Shown piece after piece: positions 1 to 9,948 of a DNA stretch of 64,000 bases. The DNA is from Tortispora ganteri (Eukaryota), in contig PPNB01000010.1 in assembly GCA_003707115.1 (NCBI GenBank), positions 124,001-188,000 of the forward strand, read 5' to 3'. The notes under the pieces were generated by a model that was given only the letters and a program-made list of their open reading frames with translations, made no database searches and was not told where the DNA came from. Every line of letters starts with the position of its first letter. Within the stretch, counting starts at the first letter, position 1. The translations under genes and the position numbers were made by a program.

Positions 1-213
1 AGTCACAAGCTCGCTGAGCAAGGTAGGAGGAATCGTATTAATGCAGCACTGCATGAGCTAGGTGCTCTGCTATCTTCATCGACTGATTGTGGACCAGCAT
101 CTAAAGCGATAACTGTGGAGAATGCTATAGAGCACATAAAGAGACTTCGATCTGACCTGAACGATGCTCGAGAACGGATTAAGGAGCTCGAAGCACAATG
201 TGCTTCAAATTAG
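1..213 (+). CDS. PHO4: 3' end of a bHLH transcription factor, Pho4/NUC-1-like (partial, runs off the window start)
   Basis: Frame 1 reads SHKLAEQGRRNRINAALHEL...SKAITVENAIEHIKRL, ending at TAG 211-213. The basic region matches the Pho4/NUC-1 type. Not in the ORF track. Confidence 0.75.
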   Translation, partial: SHKLAEQGRRNRINAALHELGALLSSSTDCGPASKAITVENAIEHIKRLRSDLNDARERIKELEAQCASN

Positions 214-511
214 GCCGACCCAGCTGGTTTACTGGATCGACCAAACATACTTACAATCACATATACTCATACACATTTATTAGGAGCAAGAAAAAAATAT
301 ACCTCCCTAAAAAAGTGTTTGTTTATTACATTTAGAATTTATAACTACTGAAAAAAAAAATGTATATAAATTTCTTTTATCTCTGATTAATTGTGATCTC
401 GCTTGTTTTAAGATAAGGTTTACGAGCGATGTCGTCAAAATCTAAAGCGCCTCTTACTTCTATCCCCTTAGAAACCCGGAACAAATATTGCGCTACAATA
501 TTTGCGCAATA

Positions 512-3226
512 ATGAAAGCTGCAGTTACACCAAAAGCCGATGAAACGGTGAACAGCAAGTCATCGGCTCCTTCTGTTACCGTTCATGAGGATTCCAGCAC
601 TACACCTTCCACAACTATAGGTAGAGCTCCAGATGGTCGGGTCTTCGAGGTACCAAAAACTAACGACATGATATCCTCGCTATTTAACCCCTTTGTCAAA
701 CATACACTCGTTGACTGGATTGTGCTAGCTTTCTTGGGCTCATACTTTGCTATATATTTCCTACTGAGTGGTGCTGTGCGACAGTACACTATCCTCGCGC
801 TTTTCGCTTTCTGGAGACTCAGCTACAACGCTGGTATAGGCTATCTCCTCCACGTGCAATCAAAAAATGCAAGGCTCGTCAAATGGGCTAGAGACCTGGG
901 CGTCTTTGACGACAAAACAGCGATTCATAAGCTTGTCAAACATGAACTCACCGCTAAAATGGGAAGCGACTACAAGTTCGAAAACGTACCCGATGAGTTC
1001 AACACTTGGCTAATATTTCGTATACTGGTGGATCTCATTCTATGTTCGGATTTTACTACTTATTTTCTGTTTGGTCTAACATGCTATAATGCACTCGATT
1101 CTCCTGTGTATTTAGTCCTCTTCCGTTGGTTAATAGGCATCGGCCTCCTAGTATTCAACCTCTGGGTCAAAGTAGATGCACACAGAGTAGTCAAGGATTA
1201 TGCGTGGTACTGGGGTGACTTCTTCTTCTTGGAAGATCTTGAACTGACTTTTGATGGTGTCTTTGAAATGGCCCCTCACCCTATGTACTCTGTAGGCTAT
1301 GCAGGCTATTATGGAGGTTGTATCATTACTGCTTCCTATAAACTCCTCTTCGCTTCCTTGTTGGCACATGCCGCTCAATTCGTTTTCTTGACTCTGGTTG
1401 AAAATCCTCATATTGAGAAGACATACAACCCTTCTCCTCCCCATAAACGTCTTAATTCCGTGGCAAATCTGGATAGTAGTGTCGCAAAATCTTCCTCAGC
1501 TTCTCTTAATACTGAAAACGACCTAGTTTCTGATTTATCAGATGATTCAGATGCTTTCCCCGCTATGGTAGCTTTCTTCAATTTTCACGTTTATAGAGTT
1601 TCAGATGTCCTTACTATGCTTTTAGCTCTCTATTCACTTTTTCCACTTCTGCTCCCCAGCCGTCGAATATACGATTATTTTGCAGCCAGTCTCAGCCTAT
1701 CATGGATACTGTTTAACTGTATCGGTTTGGGTATTATCTTACGCAAACAGAGTGAACACCAGTCTTGGACTAAACTCTTTGTCAAGTACGGCCGCACTCC
1801 TGTCCAAGCTTTCGAGGATTGGAAGTCAGTTTACAACCTCTGCAACGTTCTCACCTACACAAGTTTTGTAGTGGTGGTGTTGCGTGAATTGGACTGGCCA
1901 CCGCGAACTGATAACGGTTTTAGATACGTATCTGGCCTTATGCTGATTGCACTTCACCTATGGGTAAGTACCTCCATTTATGATTCACTGGGACAGTTTG
2001 GCTGGTTCTTCGGTGACTTCTTCTTACCTTCAAACTCTTCATTGACTTATTCCGGCATATATCGCTATTTCAATAACCCCGGAAGAGTTTTGGGTACAGC
2101 TGGACTATGGGGTGCCGTCTTAATGACTAACTCCAGAATTGTATTCCTACTCTCTGCTATTCACACGTTTGGCGGTATTGGATTCCTAAAATTTGTCGAA
2201 GCTCCGCACATGCGCCTGCTTTATGGCGACCAATTAAGAAAAGAAGCCGGTGTTGTTAAGAATCTTAAGCGTGCAGCCCGTTTACCCGACCCGTTCGAGA
2301 AAAAAGTTCGCGATATTCAAGGTTCTATTGACAAAGTGTTCTCGGAAACCACTGCAGCAGTTGAAGAATTTCTTGCTGGGGCCGGACCGCGATTAGGCGG
2401 CAATGTAACTAATCTTAAGTCTGCTAGCAAAGTTCTGCTTAGCAAATACCCAGCTAAGCTCATTATCACGCGTGTGTCGGATGAATTGCAGGGGCTTGAT
2501 CCTGGGCAGTACTCAATTGAGGTATCTGCTAAAAGTGGCAAAAAAAATAACGAGGATGGAGTTTTAGAAGTTAGTATCGGAGACTCTATAGTGGTTGAAT
2601 GGACTAGTTCTCCTAATCGATCATTGAAAGATTGGATTGGTCTCTACAAAGTGGGCGCCAATGGTTCTACATTAGCCTCCAGCGTGAGTTCTAAAGGGCG
2701 ATGGTCAGCTGTTAGTGCAGAAGCGTATGAAGATCATACAGCTGGTATTATAGAGTGCTACGCAGACCATGGTGAAGTAGAGTTTAGAGGAGATGCTCTC
2801 TTCTGGGAAACAGGAACGTATGAATTCCGCTACCATCATGACGGCAGACATAATGTTATGGCTATCTCTCAGCCTTTCCGCATTGTGTTAAACAAGGTCG
2901 AAGGTGACGACTTTGAGACTATTGAGAAAACACTTTTCCCCATGATACAGAAATGTTTTGAAACATCGGGCACGGTTGAAGCCAAAGGAGCTGAGTTGAG
3001 ACCAGGAACGAGTATTCCGCCGCGAAATGAAGATGATGATTTATGGGACGAAAATTTAGACGAAGAAGAAATCATGAAACGTGTTGGATTCTGCATAAAT
3101 AAAATGTATGGAATTGAATACGCTGTTCAAGTTATTGCATGCGAAAAGAGTGCGAAAAGTTTGGCAATGAGAATAGCCAAAACCAAACATGCTTTGAAAC
3201 CGTTTACAGTTCATTCAGCACCATGA
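512..3226 (+). CDS. CHO2: Phosphatidylethanolamine N-methyltransferase
   Basis: Two PEMT repeats (YAWYWGDFFF...FEMAPHPMYSVGY; FGWFFGDFF...GIYRYFNNP) plus a C-terminal soluble domain. First ATG is at 512; the track start at 488 is a TTG. Confidence 0.95.
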   Translation: MKAAVTPKADETVNSKSSAPSVTVHEDSSTTPSTTIGRAPDGRVFEVPKTNDMISSLFNPFVKHTLVDWIVLAFLGSYFAIYFLLSGAVRQYTILALFAFWRLSYNAGIGYLLHVQSKNARLVKWARDLGVFDDKTAIHKLVKHELTAKMGSDYKFENVPDEFNTWLIFRILVDLILCSDFTTYFLFGLTCYNALDSPVYLVLFRWLIGIGLLVFNLWVKVDAHRVVKDYAWYWGDFFFLEDLELTFDGVFEMAPHPMYSVGYAGYYGGCIITASYKLLFASLLAHAAQFVFLTLVENPHIEKTYNPSPPHKRLNSVANLDSSVAKSSSASLNTENDLVSDLSDDSDAFPAMVAFFNFHVYRVSDVLTMLLALYSLFPLLLPSRRIYDYFAASLSLSWILFNCIGLGIILRKQSEHQSWTKLFVKYGRTPVQAFEDWKSVYNLCNVLTYTSFVVVVLRELDWPPRTDNGFRYVSGLMLIALHLWVSTSIYDSLGQFGWFFGDFFLPSNSSLTYSGIYRYFNNPGRVLGTAGLWGAVLMTNSRIVFLLSAIHTFGGIGFLKFVEAPHMRLLYGDQLRKEAGVVKNLKRAARLPDPFEKKVRDIQGSIDKVFSETTAAVEEFLAGAGPRLGGNVTNLKSASKVLLSKYPAKLIITRVSDELQGLDPGQYSIEVSAKSGKKNNEDGVLEVSIGDSIVVEWTSSPNRSLKDWIGLYKVGANGSTLASSVSSKGRWSAVSAEAYEDHTAGIIECYADHGEVEFRGDALFWETGTYEFRYHHDGRHNVMAISQPFRIVLNKVEGDDFETIEKTLFPMIQKCFETSGTVEAKGAELRPGTSIPPRNEDDDLWDENLDEEEIMKRVGFCINKMYGIEYAVQVIACEKSAKSLAMRIAKTKHALKPFTVHSAP

Positions 3227-3258
3227 TAAGATAGAGAATTATGATGTTATTGTAAATA

Positions 3259-4059
3259 TCACGAAGATAAAACAAAATCGTTAATTAGACGTCTTGTAGC
3301 GAACCCTTGTTCCAATGCTTTCTGCAGAAGCATAGTTCTTGCTTTAGCGGCATCGTCTACGGAAGCACGTGCTGGTGCTGAATATACCATTGCAGTTATA
3401 TCGTCAAGCGAAGCCATGTAAGCGATCACAATTTCGTGCAGTTGTGTATCTATAAATGAGGACGAATCAGGATATATGTTTTGGAGATCACTTGAAATTG
3501 AGACGGACGTTCCGCAAGCTATGTCGAGAAGTTCAATACCGGCGTCCAAAAGTGCGAGACTGGCTGCCGTTATGCTTGCAGCGGCAGCAGCACCAGGTAT
3601 TTGAAGCGCGACAGGAGCCTGTTCTCCAGCAAGAATGACGTCGATATTGACATAAATATAAGATTTAGGATACAGTTCTAATCTGATCGAAGGAGGAAGG
3701 GCAGTGTCTAAGAGATCTGCAAGCTGCAGGGCGTCCATGTCCATAGGACCAGGTACTCTTATAGTGTCTGTATTGGTATTAGAAGTTTCAGAATAAGGGA
3801 AAAGGCGAACATGAGATTGAACCACAGCAGTTGGCAAGAAGGTTGAGTTAGATGATTTCGGAGGTTTTGGGCCGGAGACTGTAGCCAAAATTTTCACATT
3901 GGAGTTAAGTTCAACATAACATGATCCTGGTACAGTTTTATCTACAGATTGTTGTACAAACCATCCATTCTTTGAACCATGCAATTTTAGCGGTGAATCA
4001 AGATGAAGTGGTTGCGCATCTGGAGGTCCTAAAACTCTTCTACGATCTTGCAAGCTCAT
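3259..4059 (-). CDS. MTR3: Exosome core subunit Mtr3 (RNase PH-like)
   Basis: N-terminus QDRRRVLGP; GSCYVEL, IRLELYPKS and ASLALLDAGIELLD are RNase PH motifs. Confidence 0.85.
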   Translation of the reverse strand: MSLQDRRRVLGPPDAQPLHLDSPLKLHGSKNGWFVQQSVDKTVPGSCYVELNSNVKILATVSGPKPPKSSNSTFLPTAVVQSHVRLFPYSETSNTNTDTIRVPGPMDMDALQLADLLDTALPPSIRLELYPKSYIYVNIDVILAGEQAPVALQIPGAAAAASITAASLALLDAGIELLDIACGTSVSISSDLQNIYPDSSSFIDTQLHEIVIAYMASLDDITAMVYSAPARASVDDAAKARTMLLQKALEQGFATRRLINDFVLSS

Positions 4060-4346
4060 GGGTGTTGTTGTAGTTCAGCTTTGGGTCCTCTGTATTCCCA
4101 AAGGAAGAGAAAATCCATTCTGAGAGCCTGGTGCACATCAGCAAAAGACACCTAAACTTCTGCCGATTCTGGTAGTGATTTTGTGCAATTATGTGCCATT
4201 GAATAATAATAAATGGCTGATTATGTGTATTAAAAGAAACCGCCAGTATGAGTAATACAGTCAGCAGATCAAAAACATCCAGCTAGCCAGATCACTTTCA
4301 CAGTCGAACAATTGGATTCCAGTAGATATAATACATCTTCTTCACA

Positions 4347-5564
4347 TCAAATCTCTCTTCCAGAAAAAACTGCGCTGTCACTTTCTTTGACTGTGTCATC
4401 AGACTCTGCACCAACTGTCGCCTGTAGCTTCTCAAGTTCACGACGGAATCTATTGCCAAATATGTCAATGTAATATGTGGCTCCGTTATACGATGCAGTT
4501 GTAAATAGATAAGTCAAAAACAGCAAAGACAACTTACGGTGATGATACCACAAAGGTGAGGGCAGCATGGTCAGAAGCTGATAGATAAACTGTATGCACA
4601 TAAAAGCCACAACAGCCAGGCTATCTGGAAGGGAATTCACAAATTTCCCTAATCGAGTATTAGCATAATGTTTGCGAAGATACATAAAACTCGTAACCCT
4701 TCCAGCTTGGATCTTGTCTCTACCCCTGTAGTTGATAAAATAGTAATACAGGCTCTGCCACACCATGTATGCTACAGAGGCCCAAAACAAGCCATCAAAA
4801 AACCTATACTTATCCACTTCTTGCGCTGAAGGAAACCTCGCTGACTTAAAGTCGTAAGACAGTTCGTGAACAATAGTGTGCATGACACAAGAAGGCATTA
4901 TATGTATCAAGGTTGACGTGCTTTTGTCGACAGAATGCAAAACCAACGAGTTACGCCAGGTAACCACAGCCCATGATAAAGTACCAACGCATAAGGCGTA
5001 TAATGATACAAACATTCTGTGGGACCAAGGCATTGCCCATACATAGATCAACAGCAGAACATTTACAAAGTAACACAAGTCAGCGAGGTAATAATGCCAT
5101 TCCTTCTTTCGGTAAGAATATACTCTGATTGGCATTAAAAATACCAGTTCTGCAGTGTAAAGAATATGCATATACTCAGGGTAACTGCCAAAGACATAGC
5201 CAGTTAATAGAATTAGCCAGACAACAAACACAAATGATAGTTTCTCACCATTGGAGATCCACTTTTGTTCTTCGAATTTCGCTTCAAGTTTGATCAGACG
5301 TTGATTTAGTATCAATTTAATCCTTTCAATCTCCTCATCCGAAGAGACTATTCGCTTTGTTTGCCTTTTAGCGTAGTTCTTAATTCCTGATCCTGTCTTC
5401 TTTAGTTTCTGTGGCACTGAAATCGTCAAGGACTCAATGAAATCCAGAGGCGATAGCCTATCTATTGATGTAGTGTCATCTTCAAACCAGGATTTCAGTG
5501 ACGGAGATGACAAATTGCTACTTATAGGTGATTCTCCCTCGCTCACCGGCGTAGAATCACTCAT
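4347..5564 (-). CDS. GPC1: Glycerophosphocholine acyltransferase (DUF2838)
   Basis: YYLADLCYFVN, WRNSLVLHSVDK and YNGATYYIDIFG motifs; multi-pass membrane protein. Confidence 0.88.
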   Translation of the reverse strand: MSDSTPVSEGESPISSNLSSPSLKSWFEDDTTSIDRLSPLDFIESLTISVPQKLKKTGSGIKNYAKRQTKRIVSSDEEIERIKLILNQRLIKLEAKFEEQKWISNGEKLSFVFVVWLILLTGYVFGSYPEYMHILYTAELVFLMPIRVYSYRKKEWHYYLADLCYFVNVLLLIYVWAMPWSHRMFVSLYALCVGTLSWAVVTWRNSLVLHSVDKSTSTLIHIMPSCVMHTIVHELSYDFKSARFPSAQEVDKYRFFDGLFWASVAYMVWQSLYYYFINYRGRDKIQAGRVTSFMYLRKHYANTRLGKFVNSLPDSLAVVAFMCIQFIYQLLTMLPSPLWYHHRKLSLLFLTYLFTTASYNGATYYIDIFGNRFRRELEKLQATVGAESDDTVKESDSAVFSGREI

Positions 5565-5689
5565 TATTTAAAACCAATGCTAGCTGTCAATACGCGTGGT
5601 GGAGTAAATCTTATATAATAAAGTTAAGCTTTTAGCCAATAATATAGCTTCATTCCATCATTATTCATTATTCATTTGTATATAGTATG

Positions 5690-8020
5690 CTACTCCACGT
5701 TAACATAGTGGTTGCCTAGAATTACAAACGGCCGCATGTATTTCTTTGCCCAGATACCACCAGTCAATTGAACTGGTTTCGCACCAATACTCTGCTTAGC
5801 TTGTCCCGTAGTTGGTCCAAAGTCAACAAATGACTGTTTCTCCGCCAAAGCAATGCGTATCATCTCCTCCATCATCACGAAATATGCTTTATGTTTCCGT
5901 CCAACCTCATAATCGAGCCCCTGCAAATCTGAGGTGATCGTTTTTCCCAGACGAAAGATTACGCAACTCGCAATTACTTGACCGCCTAACTTAAGGAACA
6001 ATAAAGATCGACTGTTGTGAGGTTCATGCGCGCCGGGTTTCAGTGACTTGATGAGATTCACAGAAGGGTCTGCTAGTGTTGCGGTCTTTCCTTCTTGCGA
6101 TCTGTGGTTTGCAACATCACCCCACATGTTTATAATTGTATTGCACTCCTCATCAGTAAAGGCGGTACTTTCTATGAACTCTCCTCCTGCTTTCTCGAAC
6201 TTGTTGCGCTGAATTCTATACTTCACAGACTTCAAATACTGCACGGCTGTTTGATCGAAATGACCTCGCAGATCGACTATATTCGTACTGGGTAATTTCA
6301 GTTTACTCCAACCGCTCAATGCAAGACTTTTCTCTGCAGCGGTGTGAGTATACACTGGATCTATAATGAAAGTGCATCGCTCTTTTTTCGGCAAACTTGC
6401 ATTCCAGTCAGCAATTGCTTTTCTAACTGCTGCGTGCTTTCCAATAGGCCTGCGCGTTGGTGAGCAATTCAGAATAATCTCTTTCATGGGCCAATGAGTG
6501 CCTATAATTCCCATTCTTCTGCTCATCATATTCAACTTGGACTTGCTGCCTATGGTTCTCCGCAGAAAATCTCCGAATTTGTTCTGCAATGGTGAACATA
6601 GATCAAAACCATCAATGATTGTAAGTAATACTAATGCACGTATACCGTCAAATTCTTTCTTTAAGTCAGCGTCAGGGGATTGCTTTGTAGCTAATATTTC
6701 ATGGTACCTGTCCTGATGTGCCTTGTTTTGCTTGTTCCCTTTCGCAATCCTTTTGAGTTTGTTTTTGGACATGACTGGGTTTGCATTTAGTCCAAGGACA
6801 TCCTCAATGGTATCGATATCTTGCCTCTCCAAAGCCATATTCTCTTCGTCCAATAATTCCCATGGACTTGAATCGGTTATATTATCCTTTTCTTCATCAG
6901 ATTTCTTTGCCGTGATTTTGAGAACAATGCACCTCATCAAAGGATCTTCATACTCCTCATATGCTCTTAGAAGCGATAGAGCATTACGACCATCCAAGGC
7001 GTCCGGTCCTAAATTGTATACATTGATGAGTTTGGCATAAGCATCAAGTTTGACCTGGTCAAGACTTCTGATGGAGATGGGCTCCACGTTGTACAAAGAT
7101 TTAGGTCTTCGTGTGAGTATGTGCATTATATACATTCCTAGGCATGTGAGAATGAGAGCAACCCCGAGAAGGACAGTTCCAGATATCTTCAATGCGCCAA
7201 TATTGTTGTCGTCATCGACTTTCGTAGAGAAAATGATTGCAACTACTAAGGCAATAAATGTGCAGATCATAGTGAAAATTATTACTCCGTTAGCAATTCT
7301 TTTTACCCTCGAGAATAATTCAGTGAATCTATTCTGCCTGGAAACAACGCTTGCCACGACAAAAGTAGCTACCCCACTGCAGCAAAGAGCGGTACCACAA
7401 TATTGTTGGAAGAGCATCGATCCCTTCATTTTGATATCCATATCAGGTATGCGAAGGTCACCATCGTTTCCTTGCAAGCCAGAGTTCGTAGGGTCCCACC
7501 AAATAACTATTATCAATATACCAATAGTAAAATTTAATGAAGAGACAAACGTCAGAATGATCTTTTCACGGAAGATGCCCGGAGACCACTGGATACTGAT
7601 CAATGAAAGTGTGAACGCCACTAATAACAAAGACAATACTGTAGACAATGCGATGTGTAGGTTAGATTCGTCCTTTGATATTTGCAATATGAGACATATG
7701 AGACATGTCTGTGCGGCTAAGAAAGCTAAAGCGTTAGAAATTTGCCTCCATATGTTTCGTAGTCTCAGGTGATTAACATCAGGATATGTTTTGAGAGTAG
7801 TTATGAGATCGACGCTAGTGAAAATGCAGACGAAAGGTACAATGACCAAACTTATTACGGTTTCTGCTATGATAAATCTGCTAGCAGGTGAGGAACTTTG
7901 GGCTTTAACTACTAGATTAGGAACAGTCATTGCAATTATGGCCAGTCCAAGAGCCATTGATATAATGTAACTGAGCAAGAACTTCAATCTTTTACCCTTT
8001 CCCACATTTTCTAATAGCAT
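5690..8020 (-). CDS. Multi-pass membrane protein fused to a C-terminal GNAT-fold (Acetyltransf_6/FemAB-like) domain
   Basis: About 8 hydrophobic segments in the first ~315 aa. C-terminus LPSTNIVDL...YLKSVKYR...GLDYEVGRKHKAYF...IRIALAEKQSFVDFGPTTGQAKQSIGA. First ATG at 8020; a possible 45-nt intron at 8063-8107 (GTACAC..TTTAAC..TAG) could extend the 5' end. Confidence 0.7.
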   Translation of the reverse strand: MLLENVGKGKRLKFLLSYIISMALGLAIIAMTVPNLVVKAQSSSPASRFIIAETVISLVIVPFVCIFTSVDLITTLKTYPDVNHLRLRNIWRQISNALAFLAAQTCLICLILQISKDESNLHIALSTVLSLLLVAFTLSLISIQWSPGIFREKIILTFVSSLNFTIGILIIVIWWDPTNSGLQGNDGDLRIPDMDIKMKGSMLFQQYCGTALCCSGVATFVVASVVSRQNRFTELFSRVKRIANGVIIFTMICTFIALVVAIIFSTKVDDDNNIGALKISGTVLLGVALILTCLGMYIMHILTRRPKSLYNVEPISIRSLDQVKLDAYAKLINVYNLGPDALDGRNALSLLRAYEEYEDPLMRCIVLKITAKKSDEEKDNITDSSPWELLDEENMALERQDIDTIEDVLGLNANPVMSKNKLKRIAKGNKQNKAHQDRYHEILATKQSPDADLKKEFDGIRALVLLTIIDGFDLCSPLQNKFGDFLRRTIGSKSKLNMMSRRMGIIGTHWPMKEIILNCSPTRRPIGKHAAVRKAIADWNASLPKKERCTFIIDPVYTHTAAEKSLALSGWSKLKLPSTNIVDLRGHFDQTAVQYLKSVKYRIQRNKFEKAGGEFIESTAFTDEECNTIINMWGDVANHRSQEGKTATLADPSVNLIKSLKPGAHEPHNSRSLLFLKLGGQVIASCVIFRLGKTITSDLQGLDYEVGRKHKAYFVMMEEMIRIALAEKQSFVDFGPTTGQAKQSIGAKPVQLTGGIWAKKYMRPFVILGNHYVNVE

Positions 8021-8913
8021 TCTTCTGATCCTATACAAGCAGGTTCTTCTGTGAACAAGCAACTATCAGTATACTCGTTAAATTATATGGTAAGAGAAAA
8101 AGTGTACGTATCGTTGCCGCCAAAGATATCCGATGTGATTATAATAGAGTTGCTTGGCAGATTTTACTGTAAAAATTCACTAACGATAGCGCTCACTATT
8201 GTTAAATTTTCTTTTTTGAGAAAATAATTATGAATAGGAAAAAACAAATTAAAAATATAAAAGACAAAGCAACTTTTTTGTTTTGTGTGCTATTATATCG
8301 TTCAATGAAGACATAAATGAAGATCTCAATTGGTCATTGTTTAAACTCCAACTACCTAATTTGCTTAATTGCCGGTGTAACCGATCTATTAGGCGAGCAT
8401 AAAAATATACCCTACTATCAATACAATAGAACATCAAAAGAAATCAAATACTGGCGCGTATAGTGACATTTATAACAACGGTTTTTAAAACTCCTTGTCT
8501 ATCAACGGTCAAAATTGTGGCATACAGAGCGATCAAGCAGGATGAACGAGGCTGTTAGCACATGCCTATAATCCTTCTACGCCTTACAATGACTTTCATT
8601 CATTAAAGTTATTACACTGTCCACCAATTCTCAATGCATAATGATTACGCAATAAATACTATTATATTAATTAACGCCATTTAGCTCGATAGTTTCTGAC
8701 TGATTTTTAAGCCCTCATTGACAGCTATTCTGGTTTTTTTTTTCTGTTTTTTTTGAATTTTGATCTTCGTTCCGAAGTCTCAAAAAAGCTAACTCCGACC
8801 ATCTCTTATTTCATTTCTTCCTTCGTGGTTACTATAGCAACATTAACAATAAATGGCCTCAGAAGCAACTGGCATCGGGCCTCCAATCGCATTTACTTAA
8901 CACGTTGTCTGCC

Positions 8914-9183
8914 ATGAGCGGAATACCAACGTGGGTTCTTTCGCCAGGCGAGAGGAACAAGATCCTAACCGAAAGAAGTATACGGGCACGCAAGAAATGT
9001 CCGGAAGAATTGCATGCATTCACTGAGTGTGCCCGAGGAAGAAGCATCTCAACTGTTTGGTCCTGCAGAGAGACGTACAAAAATTTGAGAAACTGCATGG
9101 CTCCCTTCCTTACAGATGAAGCATTCGACGAAATATATGAGGAATTCATGAAAGCTAAAGTTGACCCCAAAAAAAAGAGCTGA
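8914..9183 (+). CDS. CMC1: Twin CX9C mitochondrial intermembrane-space COX assembly protein Cmc1
   Basis: PTWVLSPGE N-terminal motif; two CX9C pairs (CPEELHAFTEC, CRETYKNLRNC). Confidence 0.85.
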   Translation: MSGIPTWVLSPGERNKILTERSIRARKKCPEELHAFTECARGRSISTVWSCRETYKNLRNCMAPFLTDEAFDEIYEEFMKAKVDPKKKS

Positions 9184-9317
9184 CCCTTTTGAGTTCTCCT
9201 TTCGCCATATCGATCGAATCAGCAAATACAACTGGGTTTGCAGGCACTGAACTATTCTGACCTTTGATGACCTACTTATTTAGATCCTTACTCTGTAAAT
9301 AAATATATTATCATAAC

Positions 9318-9731
9318 CTAATCATCCTCTTTTTTCTCGTCGTCCTCCACTTCCCATTCGCGTCCGGTTAAGCAGTATTTTTCAGGCGGAAGCCGCAGCC
9401 CATAGCCTGCCTGTACAACAGGCAAGGGTCGAGAATTACGCTCTTGAGCGAGCTGCATCAGAAGCTCTTTAGGCGGTGCCGGCCGAAATTCGTAGTTCGT
9501 ACGAGCAGCAACAGCAAGTCTTATGTCTTCAGTGGTCACATTATTTGAATTATGAGCATGCTCAGCATACGCTAAAGCGTCTTGCAGTACCGAGTACGTA
9601 TACCTATATGCAAAATCCATGAGCTGTAAAGGGACTCGTTCCTCGTACTCATTCACTCCAGCGGACGCAAATATCAAATGCAGCAATCGCGCATCTTGAG
9701 GTCTTACCTCTTCATCGTCAACTTGATCCAT
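9318..9731 (-). CDS. TAF9: TFIID/SAGA subunit Taf9
   Basis: PQDARLLHLI, QLMDFAYRYT, LAQERNSRPLP and GLRLPPEKYCLT motifs; ATG at 9731. Confidence 0.95.
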   Translation of the reverse strand: MDQVDDEEVRPQDARLLHLIFASAGVNEYEERVPLQLMDFAYRYTYSVLQDALAYAEHAHNSNNVTTEDIRLAVAARTNYEFRPAPPKELLMQLAQERNSRPLPVVQAGYGLRLPPEKYCLTGREWEVEDDEKKEDD

Positions 9732-9948
9732 TTCTCGCCTCTTGAGCGTGATAAAGCAGACAAAATTAAGTTGCAATGGTAAGTGACAGGTAAGAGCTAT
9801 GACCAAAGAAGGTGAACACGGAAGGTGTACGCAAAACTCAATTTTATAACATCGTTACCTTAGCAACCGTTCAAATTAACATAAAAATGATTTATCAGTC
9901 ATGCTTCCTCCAGCTGTAAAATCTGTATTCTCTTTTCTATTGAAATAA

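Noticed and set aside
9294..9301. Puf3-like TGTAAATA downstream of CMC1
   Set aside because: The same octamer occurs after CHO2 (3251-58) and was not seen after the other mitochondrial genes here, so it is not specific enough.
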